Under the pieces are notes generated by a model, which saw only the letters and a list, made by a program, of their open reading frames with translations, did no database searches and was not told where the DNA came from. Shown here piece by piece: positions 1 through 8,696 of a DNA stretch of 32,586 bases. Where the stretch lies: positions 1-32,586 of IMG/VR virus record IMGVR_UViG_2690316104_000008; one strand, written 5' to 3'. Numbering within the stretch: position 1 is the stretch's first letter; each line of letters begins with the position of its first letter. The DNA comes from a virus. Lineage: Duplodnaviria; Heunggongvirae; Uroviricota; Caudoviricetes. The position numbers were made by a program, and so were the translations under genes.

Positions 1-219
1 TTACATCCACATAATTTGCTGCCCTGACGGCAACGGGTGCGGCCTTACGGCGTGGACTTCTCCCGGCTTCACGATGTATCTCTGTACCGACTCATAGGTG
101 ATGAACGTGGCGCTGCAATTCACGTTCTGGCACTGGTGATAACGCTCTTTTGTCGTGTCAGTGATATAGCGGCTTGTACGCGCATGTGCGGCATGCTGGC
201 ATAAAGGACAATGAAACAT
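1..219 (-). CDS. ogr: Ogr late-gene transcriptional activator (Cys4 zinc finger), 72 aa; the ORF-track entry 1..294 is an upstream in-frame extension
   Basis: Translation from internal Met MFHCPLCQHAAHARTSRYITDTTKERYHQCQNVNCSATF matches my recollection of P2 Ogr; 72 codons plus stop; sits after D as in P2. Confidence 0.9.
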   Translation of the reverse strand: MFHCPLCQHAAHARTSRYITDTTKERYHQCQNVNCSATFITYESVQRYIVKPGEVHAVRPHPLPSGQQIMWM

Positions 220-300
220 CGCGAGCACCTCTTCCGGTTTTGTTGATAGTGCCATTTTAGTTAATTTATCTTTATAAAACAAACAGATAAACAAAAGACA

Positions 301-1464
301 TCACTCATAATCTTCTGTTTCGTACTCCACATCAGAAAGCCTGACCTCAAGCTCCAAGGACGTCGTGAAGCCGCTATTATTCAGAAAATGTGTCACCTTA
401 GTGATTGTCCAGTCCTGCTCGTCTATGACGCGCTTAAAGCCTGACACTCTGACCGGTGTTTCCGTGTAAATATCTGCACGACCGGTAGCCAGGATGATGG
501 AGAACTCCGCAACGCCCCGTTGCAGTTTGTCCCACTTCGCCTGAGCAGCACGCATGGCCTGTGCTTTCGTGGCATATACCGTGGTCAGGGCAAAAACGTT
601 GTCAGCCTCACCGGCCATGTATTCACCTTCGCGCGCTTCCGGTACTTTTGGCGCTTTCTTCTGCCTGACCGGTTTCGCTTTCGGGTGCTCCAGTGCGCGC
701 AGGTGTTTCTCTTTCTTTTTACGTTTCAGTTTTACCTTCTGCTTTTGCGGCTTCGGGTCTTTGGTGTGTAACCACTTTGCCGTTACGCCGGTGTAGGCTC
801 CACGGTCAGCAATCGCAAAATGATGACGGTCGCCGTCGCTGCGGGTGATGGTAATCTGCGGGATTTTTTTACCGCTGGCCGTCACCCCCTGCCCCGCTTT
901 GAGAAACAACAGTTTTCCCATTTTTACCGACACCTCACCGCCGTTGCGTTCAGCAAGGCGGGTCAGGAATTTCGCATCGGACTCCTGCGACTGGTCGATG
1001 TGCGGGATTTTAATTCCGGCCAGTGACGGAGCAACACTGGCTTCCAGCTTGTTACGGGAGGCTATCGCCTCAACAATCGCACCGAGCGTGGTGTCATGCC
1101 ATGAGCCTTCCCGGCGGGAATTGAGCGTCCCGCGAAAATCTGCACTCCGGGCGCGGATGGTGACCACATCCGGCGCGCCCCGGTGTTCAACCTCATCAAC
1201 GGTGAATTTCCCTTTGCATACCAGGGCAAAACCTTTCCAGCCGATATACACCGTCAGGACAGCGCCACGAACCGGCAGCCCGACCTGCCCGTCGGCATCG
1301 TTCAGTTCAATATCAAGCTGGTCAGCCTCAAAGCCCCGGTTATCCGTCAGGGTCATGCTCATCAGACGGTCGCTGATATTGCCGGTAATATCCCTGCTGT
1401 CGAGCATCAGCATGTAATCCGGCGTCAGCGTACTGCCTGCATCAAATGTCAGCGCATCCAGCAT
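301..1464 (-). CDS. D: Tail protein D (late tail gene)
   Basis: 387 aa, same length as P2 gpD; position between ogr and U; basic KPQKQKVKLKRKKKEK linker. Confidence 0.85.
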   Translation of the reverse strand: MLDALTFDAGSTLTPDYMLMLDSRDITGNISDRLMSMTLTDNRGFEADQLDIELNDADGQVGLPVRGAVLTVYIGWKGFALVCKGKFTVDEVEHRGAPDVVTIRARSADFRGTLNSRREGSWHDTTLGAIVEAIASRNKLEASVAPSLAGIKIPHIDQSQESDAKFLTRLAERNGGEVSVKMGKLLFLKAGQGVTASGKKIPQITITRSDGDRHHFAIADRGAYTGVTAKWLHTKDPKPQKQKVKLKRKKKEKHLRALEHPKAKPVRQKKAPKVPEAREGEYMAGEADNVFALTTVYATKAQAMRAAQAKWDKLQRGVAEFSIILATGRADIYTETPVRVSGFKRVIDEQDWTITKVTHFLNNSGFTTSLELEVRLSDVEYETEDYE

Positions 1465-1943
1465 TATCCCGCCCCCGTCATACCCGTGAATTTAGTCGCC
1501 ATACTGCCAGCCTTACCGATGAGCGATTCCGCCTGTTTACCGATATCGCCATAAAGCGCGGCCAGTGATTCATCCACGCGGGTGAGCGACAGCGTAAAAT
1601 CAATTTTCCGGGGTGTGCCGTCTGCAAAGAAAATACTCCCTGTTTCACTCACCCTGCTGATGACATACATGCCGTAAATCATGCCGGAGCCATCCAGCAA
1701 CGGCCACGCCCGGCCTTCCTCTGCCATCAGTCTGAGCGTGGTCATCGTCAGCTTGCCGCCGGTCAGTTCGGGATAAAGCACACCGGCAAGCGTGATGTTT
1801 TCCTCGCCAACACCGAGAAACTGAAAGGCATCCCGTTTACCGATACGGGAATTTGACGGCCAGCGATAATCTGATTCACGCTGCATGGTCTGGTGTGGCA
1901 GCGTCTGGCGCATAAAAACAAACATACCTAACGCGAGCATCAT
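1464..1943 (-). CDS. U: Tail protein U
   Basis: 159 aa as P2 gpU; ATGA start/stop overlap with D; synteny. Confidence 0.85.
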   Translation of the reverse strand: MMLALGMFVFMRQTLPHQTMQRESDYRWPSNSRIGKRDAFQFLGVGEENITLAGVLYPELTGGKLTMTTLRLMAEEGRAWPLLDGSGMIYGMYVISRVSETGSIFFADGTPRKIDFTLSLTRVDESLAALYGDIGKQAESLIGKAGSMATKFTGMTGAG

Positions 1944-1957
1944 TTTTCGTCACCTCC

Positions 1958-4405
1958 TTAACCGTCATGCATCATGCTGGCACGGGCGCGCGCACGTTTA
2001 TCCCGCTCGTATTTTTCGAGCGCATCCTGTAACTGGCGGTCAAGCTGTGTTCCCGGCGCAGTACCGCCCGTCAGGTTGATGTGATATTCGTTTTTACTCT
2101 GGTCCACATAAGAGCGACCAGCCGGTGCCGTGACCGGCTGATAAGCCTGATAGCCTGCATAAGAGCTGGTCGCCGGAATATAACCACCGGTGCCATACGT
2201 GGCGGCATGAGTCCTTGCGGCGGTCTGATCAAGTGTGTCTGACTCTTTGTTGATAACACCGAGTTTTTCCAGTACCCAGTCAATACCGCTGCGCAGTTTG
2301 TTGAACGCATTAAGCGGCAGCATCAACGCGTCAGCCAGTGCCTTCCCGAACATGACACCCGTGTCACGGCAACGGTTCAGGGTGTCCTGGGTGGCTTTGA
2401 CGGGGGCAATCAGGTTTTTAAACCACTGCCACGCGGCCTGTAACTTTTCACCCAGCCAGTCAAACAGCGGCTTAAGTGGCGTGAACAGTTCCCCCACCGG
2501 CGCAAATGCCGCTTTCAGCCCTTCCACCACACCGCCAAAGAATGCGCTGACAGGCTCCCAGTATTTACGGATAAGCAACGCCCCGGCGACAATTGCAGCC
2601 ACCACGGCCACAACCGGCCAGCTAATCGCCCCGATGGCCGTCATAACAGCACTGCCAACCGTCGTGAAGATTGCCCCCATTGCGCCTGCTGCCGCGATGA
2701 TGGCATTGATGCCAGTGATAACCGGCCAGGCTACGAGGCCAATGGCACCGATGACAGCAGTCAGCGCCAGTGCACCACCGACAATGAGGCCGATGGTTGA
2801 CGCCAGTGATTTGTTTTTCTGGATCCAGCCGTCGAGTTTTAACACATACTTTGTGGCCGTCTGCGTGAGCTTACGCAGTGTGCCTTCCTGCTGGTCAAAC
2901 AGGTCAGTCCCCACCGCCTCATAAGCGGACTGAAACTCCTTAAAGTCGCCTCCGAGGTTATCCTGCATGATTTTAACCAGCTCTTCCGTTTTACCGTCCG
3001 AGGCTTTCAGCGTGGCGGTCAGCTTATCCAGTTTTCCGCTTGCTGCCGCTGCCAGTAAAACGTTCGCTGATTTCAGGGCTTCCTCACCAAAAATGGTTTT
3101 AAGGTATTCCCCTTTCTGAGACGTTCCCAGCTTGTGTTTATCAAAGCTGGCCTGAATCTCTTTCAGAATGGTGAACAACGGACGCATATTTCCCTTTTTG
3201 TCCGAGGTTTTAACGCCAAGCTCTTTGAGTGCATCCCATGCTTTTCCAGTCGGTGCCTGTAATCGGGTGACAACGGCGCTACTACCCGTACCCGCCATTG
3301 ACCCCCTGATGTTATTGTCATGCAGCACACCTGTCATGGCCGCTGCCTGCTCAAGACTTACACCTGCCGTCCTCGCAACAGGCCCGAGGTAAGTCAGTGC
3401 ATCACTGAGTCCCTGAAAATCAGCCGCCGACTTATTCATCGTTGCCGACAACACGTCGCCCACATGGCTGACATCATCATTTGACAGTTGAAAGGATGCC
3501 TTAGTCCCCAGCAACAGTTGAGCGTTTTCTTCCATCGACCGCTGATTCGCCAGTGCCATATTCAGCGTGACCGGCGTTGCCGCCTGAATAGCCGCAGCAT
3601 CTCCACCCGCTTTCGCAATGATAATCTGCGCACCGGCCGCATCATCCGCTGAGGCGGCGGTGTTGTCGCCGAGCTGGCGCGCCTGCTTGCGGAGTGCAGC
3701 CATTTCGGCAGAGTCTTTTGCCACACCGAGCACAGCCTGCAATTCCGAGTTTTTCTGCGCAAACTCATAACCGGGCATCAGCAGCTTAACTCCGGCCATC
3801 GTTCCCGCCGCCGCAATCCCCACACCGGCAGCGCCTACTGAGGCCATATTTCCGGCCAGTTCCTTTCCGGCCTGATAACGCTGTTTTACTGCGTTAAGTT
3901 TTGCCTGTTGCGCACTGACACGCGCCAGCGCATCACGCTGACGGTTAAGCTGGGCGGTGGTTTCACTGATACGGTTTTTCAGTCCCTGCTCATCATGTGC
4001 AAGATTGCGGGTATTAATTCCCACAGCGGCCAGTTCCCGCTGCTGGCGTTTAACTGAATCCGTCAGGCGGTTATATTTCGCCTGTAAGTCCTCCGCCGCT
4101 CGCTTTGCTGATTCCAGCACTTTCGCCTGAGCACGGGTCGGACGTTCGGTGTTTTTAAACTGTGTGGCAAGGGCTTCGGCTTCCTGCCGTGCCTTTTCAA
4201 GTGCATGACCAGTCACGGCAAGCTGTGCACTGGTCTTGCGGAATCCCTCAATACGGGATGCCTGACCGTTCAGCTCGCGCAGTGATTTTTGTGTTTCCCG
4301 GATATCCCCCGACAGCGACTTACTCGCTGTGCGGATGGATTTAAACGGGCGGGATGCCTGGTCAACAGCCCTGAGCAATACCTGTAATTTTACATTGTTA
4401 CTCAT
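1958..4405 (-). CDS. T: Tail tape measure protein T
   Basis: 815 aa from MSNNVKLQ; coiled-coil N-terminal half, Gly/Ala-rich hydrophobic centre; start overlaps E' stop; ORF-track start 4432 is an upstream extension. Confidence 0.9.
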   Translation of the reverse strand: MSNNVKLQVLLRAVDQASRPFKSIRTASKSLSGDIRETQKSLRELNGQASRIEGFRKTSAQLAVTGHALEKARQEAEALATQFKNTERPTRAQAKVLESAKRAAEDLQAKYNRLTDSVKRQQRELAAVGINTRNLAHDEQGLKNRISETTAQLNRQRDALARVSAQQAKLNAVKQRYQAGKELAGNMASVGAAGVGIAAAGTMAGVKLLMPGYEFAQKNSELQAVLGVAKDSAEMAALRKQARQLGDNTAASADDAAGAQIIIAKAGGDAAAIQAATPVTLNMALANQRSMEENAQLLLGTKASFQLSNDDVSHVGDVLSATMNKSAADFQGLSDALTYLGPVARTAGVSLEQAAAMTGVLHDNNIRGSMAGTGSSAVVTRLQAPTGKAWDALKELGVKTSDKKGNMRPLFTILKEIQASFDKHKLGTSQKGEYLKTIFGEEALKSANVLLAAAASGKLDKLTATLKASDGKTEELVKIMQDNLGGDFKEFQSAYEAVGTDLFDQQEGTLRKLTQTATKYVLKLDGWIQKNKSLASTIGLIVGGALALTAVIGAIGLVAWPVITGINAIIAAAGAMGAIFTTVGSAVMTAIGAISWPVVAVVAAIVAGALLIRKYWEPVSAFFGGVVEGLKAAFAPVGELFTPLKPLFDWLGEKLQAAWQWFKNLIAPVKATQDTLNRCRDTGVMFGKALADALMLPLNAFNKLRSGIDWVLEKLGVINKESDTLDQTAARTHAATYGTGGYIPATSSYAGYQAYQPVTAPAGRSYVDQSKNEYHINLTGGTAPGTQLDRQLQDALEKYERDKRARARASMMHDG

Positions 4406-4825
4406 TCGTGTTTCCGCTTCGCCGGAGCGCATTTTCGCGCCATGTGATGAGTTCGGTCAGGCTCATGGGATACAGTTCTGATGGCGGCCAGTGAAATATC
4501 ACTGCCACATCCGCCATCAGGTCATCGACCGAGAGATTTTTCGGAAACGTTACTGCACCGAGTTCGGCGACAAAAAACCGACCACCTTACCGGCCAGCGC
4601 CACAAGGTCAGGCAGTTCCAGTGCGGCGACTTCCTGCTCGGTCAGCATCGGTGCCGTCATGCGCGGCAGCACCTTAATCAGTGCATCGACTTCGGAATTT
4701 GCGACCGCAGCCAGACTGACACCGCGCAGCGTCCCGGCGTTAGGTTTCATCAGCGTGACCTGTTCGATAACCTGCTCACCACGTTTGACCGGATTGTCCA
4801 GGGTAATGACGTTTTCTTTGTTCAT
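4398..4825 (-). CDS. E': Tail chaperone E+E' made by programmed -1 frameshift at T_TTT_TTG (minus strand, 4571..4577)
   Basis: GGT TTT TTG heptamer in E frame; the -1 frame stays open to TAA at 4398..4400, giving 142 aa and overlapping the T start codon, as in P2. Confidence 0.75.
4550..4825 (-). CDS. E: Tail assembly chaperone E
   Basis: 91 aa as P2 gpE; directly upstream of T; contains slippery run near its 3' end. Confidence 0.9.
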   Translation of the reverse strand: MNKENVITLDNPVKRGEQVIEQVTLMKPNAGTLRGVSLAAVANSEVDALIKVLPRMTAPMLTEQEVAALELPDLVALAGKVVGFLSPNSVQ

Positions 4826-4881
4826 GGTTTTCTCACTTCTGAATCGGGGTTAACCGGTCAGCCAGGCTGACCGGATGAAAA

Positions 4882-5400
4882 TCACAGGCCGATATTGCGG
4901 CGGTGTTGCTCCAGCCGGTCGACGCCGTTCACCTTCTCAATCATGTTGATGGTGTCGATTTCGACCAGCTCCTTACCGTCCATCGTCAGCCGGAAATAGG
5001 TGCAGACCACGGAGATTTTCGACTCGGTGTCTTCTCCCTGTTTGCCCTCGCCGGTGTCGATTTCTTTCTGACGTCCACGCATGACCACCTCGACGGCCAC
5101 CGTTTCGCCGGTATCGTCGCGCTGGTAAGAGCCTGCAAAACGAATCGGTACGGCATCCACACCGGTTGCGGCGTAAAGCTCCCAGATAACCGAATCCGGG
5201 AAGCCACCGAGCGACCACTCCATTGACAGCGCATCGTCATCAAGGCCGAGGTCTACCGGTGCGCTGCCGTTCATCCCCGCACCGCGATAGTTTTCGAGCT
5301 TACGGGTCAGTTTTGGCAGCGTGACGGACTTCGCGACGCCCTGATAGCTGTAGCCGTTCAGAAAGACGTTCATTAACTTGAGTTTGCGCGGCATTGCCAT
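4882..5400 (-). CDS. FII: Tail tube protein FII
   Basis: 172 aa as P2 FII; follows FI. Confidence 0.9.
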   Translation of the reverse strand: MAMPRKLKLMNVFLNGYSYQGVAKSVTLPKLTRKLENYRGAGMNGSAPVDLGLDDDALSMEWSLGGFPDSVIWELYAATGVDAVPIRFAGSYQRDDTGETVAVEVVMRGRQKEIDTGEGKQGEDTESKISVVCTYFRLTMDGKELVEIDTINMIEKVNGVDRLEQHRRNIGL

Positions 5401-5412
5401 CGGTCAGGCTCC

Positions 5413-6603
5413 TTAATTGCTGTTAACCGAGGTGACCAGATTTGCCAGGTATTTATCGGTAATACGCTGGCGCAGGGTCAGGTTTTCAAGAGGAGGCACC
5501 GGGGTATAGTCGTAGTCGATATACAGTTTTCCGGCCTTGAGGGTTTCCGCATCGTTGGATTCTTCGCTGAACCAGCAGGTCGCATCCACGATATAGCCGT
5601 TTGTTTTCAGCTCACGGAATTTGGCATTGATGCCGTCAACGATGTCGCGAATCAGCGTTGCGGTGATGGGCTTGTCCACCGCCCACATGTGCGCCTCAGC
5701 CATCGTGTCGGCCAGCACCTGCGCGGTGCGGGTGTAGTTTTCAAAGAGGAACAGCGGGTCATCAGAGCAGGTACGGTTACCCCAGAAGCGGAAACCGTCG
5801 CGGCGAATCAGCGTAGTGACGCCTGACTCGTTAAGCAAGTCAGCATCGGTGCCGGACTCCTGCAAATCCCAGAAGACGGATGCGCTGATGCCGGTAACAC
5901 CGTTCACCCCGACATTGGACAGCGTTTTATGCCAGCCCTGCTCCTGGTCGATTTTAGCGCGCAGACCCAGCGCACGGGCGGTGGCATACGCGGTGGCGGT
6001 GGTACTGGTGACCGTATCCCATGCGAGGAAATCCGGCCAGATGACCATCAGCTCACGCTGGCTGAAATTCTGGCGGTAAGCTTTCACCTCGGAAATGGTT
6101 TTACAGCCCCATGCGCTGATATATCCGAAAGCGCGCAGCTTCTGACAGACTGATGCCAGTGCAACAGCCACCTCTTTGGTATCCAGCCCCGGCACACCGA
6201 GAATACGCGGTTTAACACCGGTTATCGACTCCGCCGCCAGCAGGGCTTTTAGTCCGGTGTACTGACCGTTTTCGTCGGTGGTGCCGATGATATTGGAAAC
6301 GGTCTGCGCGAGTTTCGTTTCCTCGTCGTCGCCGGTGCCGTCTTCCACACGCACGACAACGGTGACCGGTTTTGACTGGTCAGCGATGGCCTGCAACGAT
6401 GCAGCCAGCGTGCCTTTTTTACCGGCCTTTGCAATTGCGCTCTGCACATTGGTAATCAGCACCGGTTTATTGATGGGAAAGGTTTCCGCATCCGCATCGC
6501 TGGCCGTGCAGACCATGCCGACAATGGCAGTGGATACGGTGGAAATGACGCGGGTGCCGTCGTTAATCTCCAGCACCTGCACGCCGTGATGATAGTCACT
6601 CAT
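5413..6603 (-). CDS. FI: Contractile tail sheath protein FI
   Basis: 396 aa as P2 FI; synteny. Confidence 0.9.
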   Translation of the reverse strand: MSDYHHGVQVLEINDGTRVISTVSTAIVGMVCTASDADAETFPINKPVLITNVQSAIAKAGKKGTLAASLQAIADQSKPVTVVVRVEDGTGDDEETKLAQTVSNIIGTTDENGQYTGLKALLAAESITGVKPRILGVPGLDTKEVAVALASVCQKLRAFGYISAWGCKTISEVKAYRQNFSQRELMVIWPDFLAWDTVTSTTATAYATARALGLRAKIDQEQGWHKTLSNVGVNGVTGISASVFWDLQESGTDADLLNESGVTTLIRRDGFRFWGNRTCSDDPLFLFENYTRTAQVLADTMAEAHMWAVDKPITATLIRDIVDGINAKFRELKTNGYIVDATCWFSEESNDAETLKAGKLYIDYDYTPVPPLENLTLRQRITDKYLANLVTSVNSN

Positions 6604-6662
6604 CCGTTTAACTCCGTGGTTAATGGGTGAGTGGTATTTTCAGTTGTGCCGGAGATGTCAGG

Positions 6663-7256
6663 CTATTTGTCCCGGTTGGCTAAGGGATGACACAATTTAT
6701 TCTTTGTCGCTGATGAGGGGAATTTTTTATAGAGCGTGGACAGGCCAATATCAAAAATCAGCGCCACACGTTGACGAGATTCCCCCGCAGCCAGCAACCG
6801 TCCGACCTGCTCCCACTCACTCGCGGTGAGTTTCGGACGTCTGCCACCAATACGACCTTTGGCTCTGGCCGCTTCCAGTCCGGCGCGTGTCCGCTCGACA
6901 ATGAGTTCTCGTTCCATTTCAGCCAGGGCACCCATCACATGGAAGAAAAAACGCTCCATCGGCGTGCTGGTATCAATAGCATCCGTCAGGCTGCGAAAAT
7001 TAATGCCGCGTTCGCGCAGTTCCTCAACCAGAATGACCAGATGCCGCATACTACGCCCCAGCCTGTCCAGCTTCCAGACAACCAGAGTGTCACCTTCCGA
7101 TAATGTTCTGAGCAGTTTTTTCAGCCCCGGCCTGTCGGACTTCGTGCCGCTGATTTTATCCTCAAAAATCAGCTCACATCCTGCACACTCCAGCGCATTA
7201 CGCTGCAATTCCGTATTCTGGTCATTTGTTGATACGCGGACATAGCCAATAAGCAT
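6663..7256 (-). CDS. Site-specific DNA invertase, serine recombinase of the Hin/Gin/Cin/Pin family
   Basis: N-terminus MLIGYVRVSTNDQNTELQ with catalytic Ser; resolvase core; C-terminal HTH (GRRPKLTASEWEQVGRLLAAGESRQRVALIFDIGLSTLYKKFP); abuts inverted crossover sites. Confidence 0.9.
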   Translation of the reverse strand: MLIGYVRVSTNDQNTELQRNALECAGCELIFEDKISGTKSDRPGLKKLLRTLSEGDTLVVWKLDRLGRSMRHLVILVEELRERGINFRSLTDAIDTSTPMERFFFHVMGALAEMERELIVERTRAGLEAARAKGRIGGRRPKLTASEWEQVGRLLAAGESRQRVALIFDIGLSTLYKKFPSSATKNKLCHPLANRDK

Positions 7257-7311
7257 GATGGATCCCCTGAATAAAAACCGGGGATGATGCCAGTTATCCG
7301 TAATCTCTGCA

Positions 7312-7337
7312 TTTTCTTAAACGTTGGTTTGGGAGAA
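7312..7337. repeat. Invertase crossover site, left (hix/gix-like); perfect 14-bp arm 7324..7337
   Basis: ttggtttgggagaa at 7324..7337 is the exact reverse complement of ttctcccaaaccaa at 9176..9189. Confidence 0.65.
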
Positions 7338-7679
7338 GCAGCGAAAATGCCTGCTGCGACAGCATTAGCCAGCAGTGCAGGTAACATCACTATTCCAGTA
7401 TTAATTGGTGGAGTACAACGAACAGCATTGCTTCAGTGGAAGACGCTATCAGTGCCGCAATCTACCGACGGTAATATGGTCGTTGTTGATGGCTCATGGC
7501 CGGTTGCCTTTCCTAATGCTTGCCTTTCCATCAATCCTTCGCTGGTCAATTCTGTGATCTACGCGACTAATGGAGCCCCTTTTGTTAGCGCAGCGATTGT
7601 TGACCGGGTCAAATTCAAAGCCGCTTGCGCATACACGAAATCTAATTCAACAGTGGCAGTATGGGGAGTGGGATATTAA
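7338..7679 (+). other. Silent alternative tail-fibre C-terminal cassette (H'), expressed only after inversion
   Basis: Open frame reads through the crossover site as ...VGLGE AAKMPAATALASS..., mirroring ...LGLGE GSALPAG... at the site inside H; no independent start needed. Confidence 0.6.
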
Positions 7680-8122
7680 TGGTCGACTATGTATTCAGCC
7701 CGACGGAAAATGCTTTTTATCTTGTGGCACTGAAATATGATTATTTAACTGCTGGCACATGGCCGTCAGACGGCATCAATATAGATGCTGAAGATGCACT
7801 GGTTTTCATGGGAAACGCTCCTGAGGGTAAAATGCGTGGCATTGGTGATGATGGGTTGCCTTGCTGGGTAGATCTTCCGTCACCTACGCATAAAGAACAA
7901 CTTGCTGCGGCTGACTCAGAGAAAAAGTCGAGAATTGACCATGCCAACGAATACATGAACGGTAAGCAATGGCCTGGTAAAGCAGCTATCGGTCGTCTGA
8001 AAGGTGAGGAACTGGCACAATATAATTTGTGGCTGGATTATCTGGATGCACTGGAAATGGTCGATATTTCCAGTGCTCCAGATATTGAATGGCCTACGCC
8101 TCCGGTAGTTCAGGCCAGATGA
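7679..8122 (+). CDS. Alternative tail fibre assembly protein (Tfa', G-like), inside invertible segment
   Basis: Start overlaps H' stop (TAATG); C-terminal IEWPTPPV motif shared with the minus-strand Tfa (VIWPELPEA); Mu G-segment-like layout. Confidence 0.7.
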   Translation: MVDYVFSPTENAFYLVALKYDYLTAGTWPSDGINIDAEDALVFMGNAPEGKMRGIGDDGLPCWVDLPSPTHKEQLAAADSEKKSRIDHANEYMNGKQWPGKAAIGRLKGEELAQYNLWLDYLDALEMVDISSAPDIEWPTPPVVQAR

Positions 8123-8696
8123 CATCCGGCGCGGTGCTGGTATCTGTTGCCACCACCGCGTCAATGTAATCCAGCACAGCGTTAAGCCGGGTTGTTTCTG
8201 CCTGCGTCAGTTTACGTCCGGCCTGCAATTTCAGCTGAATCAGACTGATGGAAGCCATTGCAGCATCAATCAGTGACTGGCGCTGTGCTTCTGCCGCGTC
8301 TACTGCGGCACCGTGTTGTGCCTCAGTATCTGTCACCCATTTTTCACCATCCCATTTATCGTATGGCGTTAACGTGGCGATAGTGGTTGTTTTTTCGGGG
8401 TAATCACCCGGAGTTGTGATTTCTTTGGCGTCTCCCGTTTCGGTGTTATAGACGATTTCACCGCGATGGTCTGGCACATATTCCCATGAGTTTAAATCTA
8501 TCGAACGGCAGATAGCATAACCAGCCTTATGTGTGCCTGGCGCATCTAAACAGGAACATGCAGGGATACCGACACCCACAGCAAGATATTCATTTGAAGT
8601 GGAAATATATTCCCGGGTTTCACTATCATAGTTATACACTGTAATATTCCCTGCTTTGGTGGCGATAATCTCGCTATTTAATATGGCGTTATCCAT
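8094..8696 (-). CDS. G: Tail fibre assembly protein G (Tfa), currently expressed orientation
   Basis: 200 aa directly downstream of H with ATGA overlap; conserved Tfa C-terminus. Confidence 0.8.
   Translation of the reverse strand: MDNAILNSEIIATKAGNITVYNYDSETREYISTSNEYLAVGVGIPACSCLDAPGTHKAGYAICRSIDLNSWEYVPDHRGEIVYNTETGDAKEITTPGDYPEKTTTIATLTPYDKWDGEKWVTDTEAQHGAAVDAAEAQRQSLIDAAMASISLIQLKLQAGRKLTQAETTRLNAVLDYIDAVVATDTSTAPDVIWPELPEA

Noticed and set aside
1-294. 97-aa ORF extending ogr upstream
   Set aside because: Ogr is 72 aa from the internal Met (MFHC…); the extra 25 codons are AT-rich intergenic read-through, so the gene is called as 1..219.
845-1417. 190-aa plus-strand ORF inside gene D, and similar antisense ORFs inside T (2235..2924), J (10394..11005), M (16039..16638), N (17284..17874), O (17958..18416) and P (18976..19686)
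   Set aside because: These are shadow ORFs on the opposite strand of well-supported, GC-rich structural genes; they have Ser/Arg/Pro-rich low-complexity translations and no ribosome-binding sites.
6623-6829. 68-aa plus-strand ORF overlapping the invertase 3' end
   Set aside because: It is antisense to the clearly recognisable invertase C-terminal HTH and has no start context; treated as spurious.
7284-7679. 131-aa ORF called from an ATG at 7284 as an independent gene
   Set aside because: The frame is open across the invertase crossover site; it is more plausibly a promoterless alternative fibre C-terminus joined to H after inversion than a stand-alone gene.
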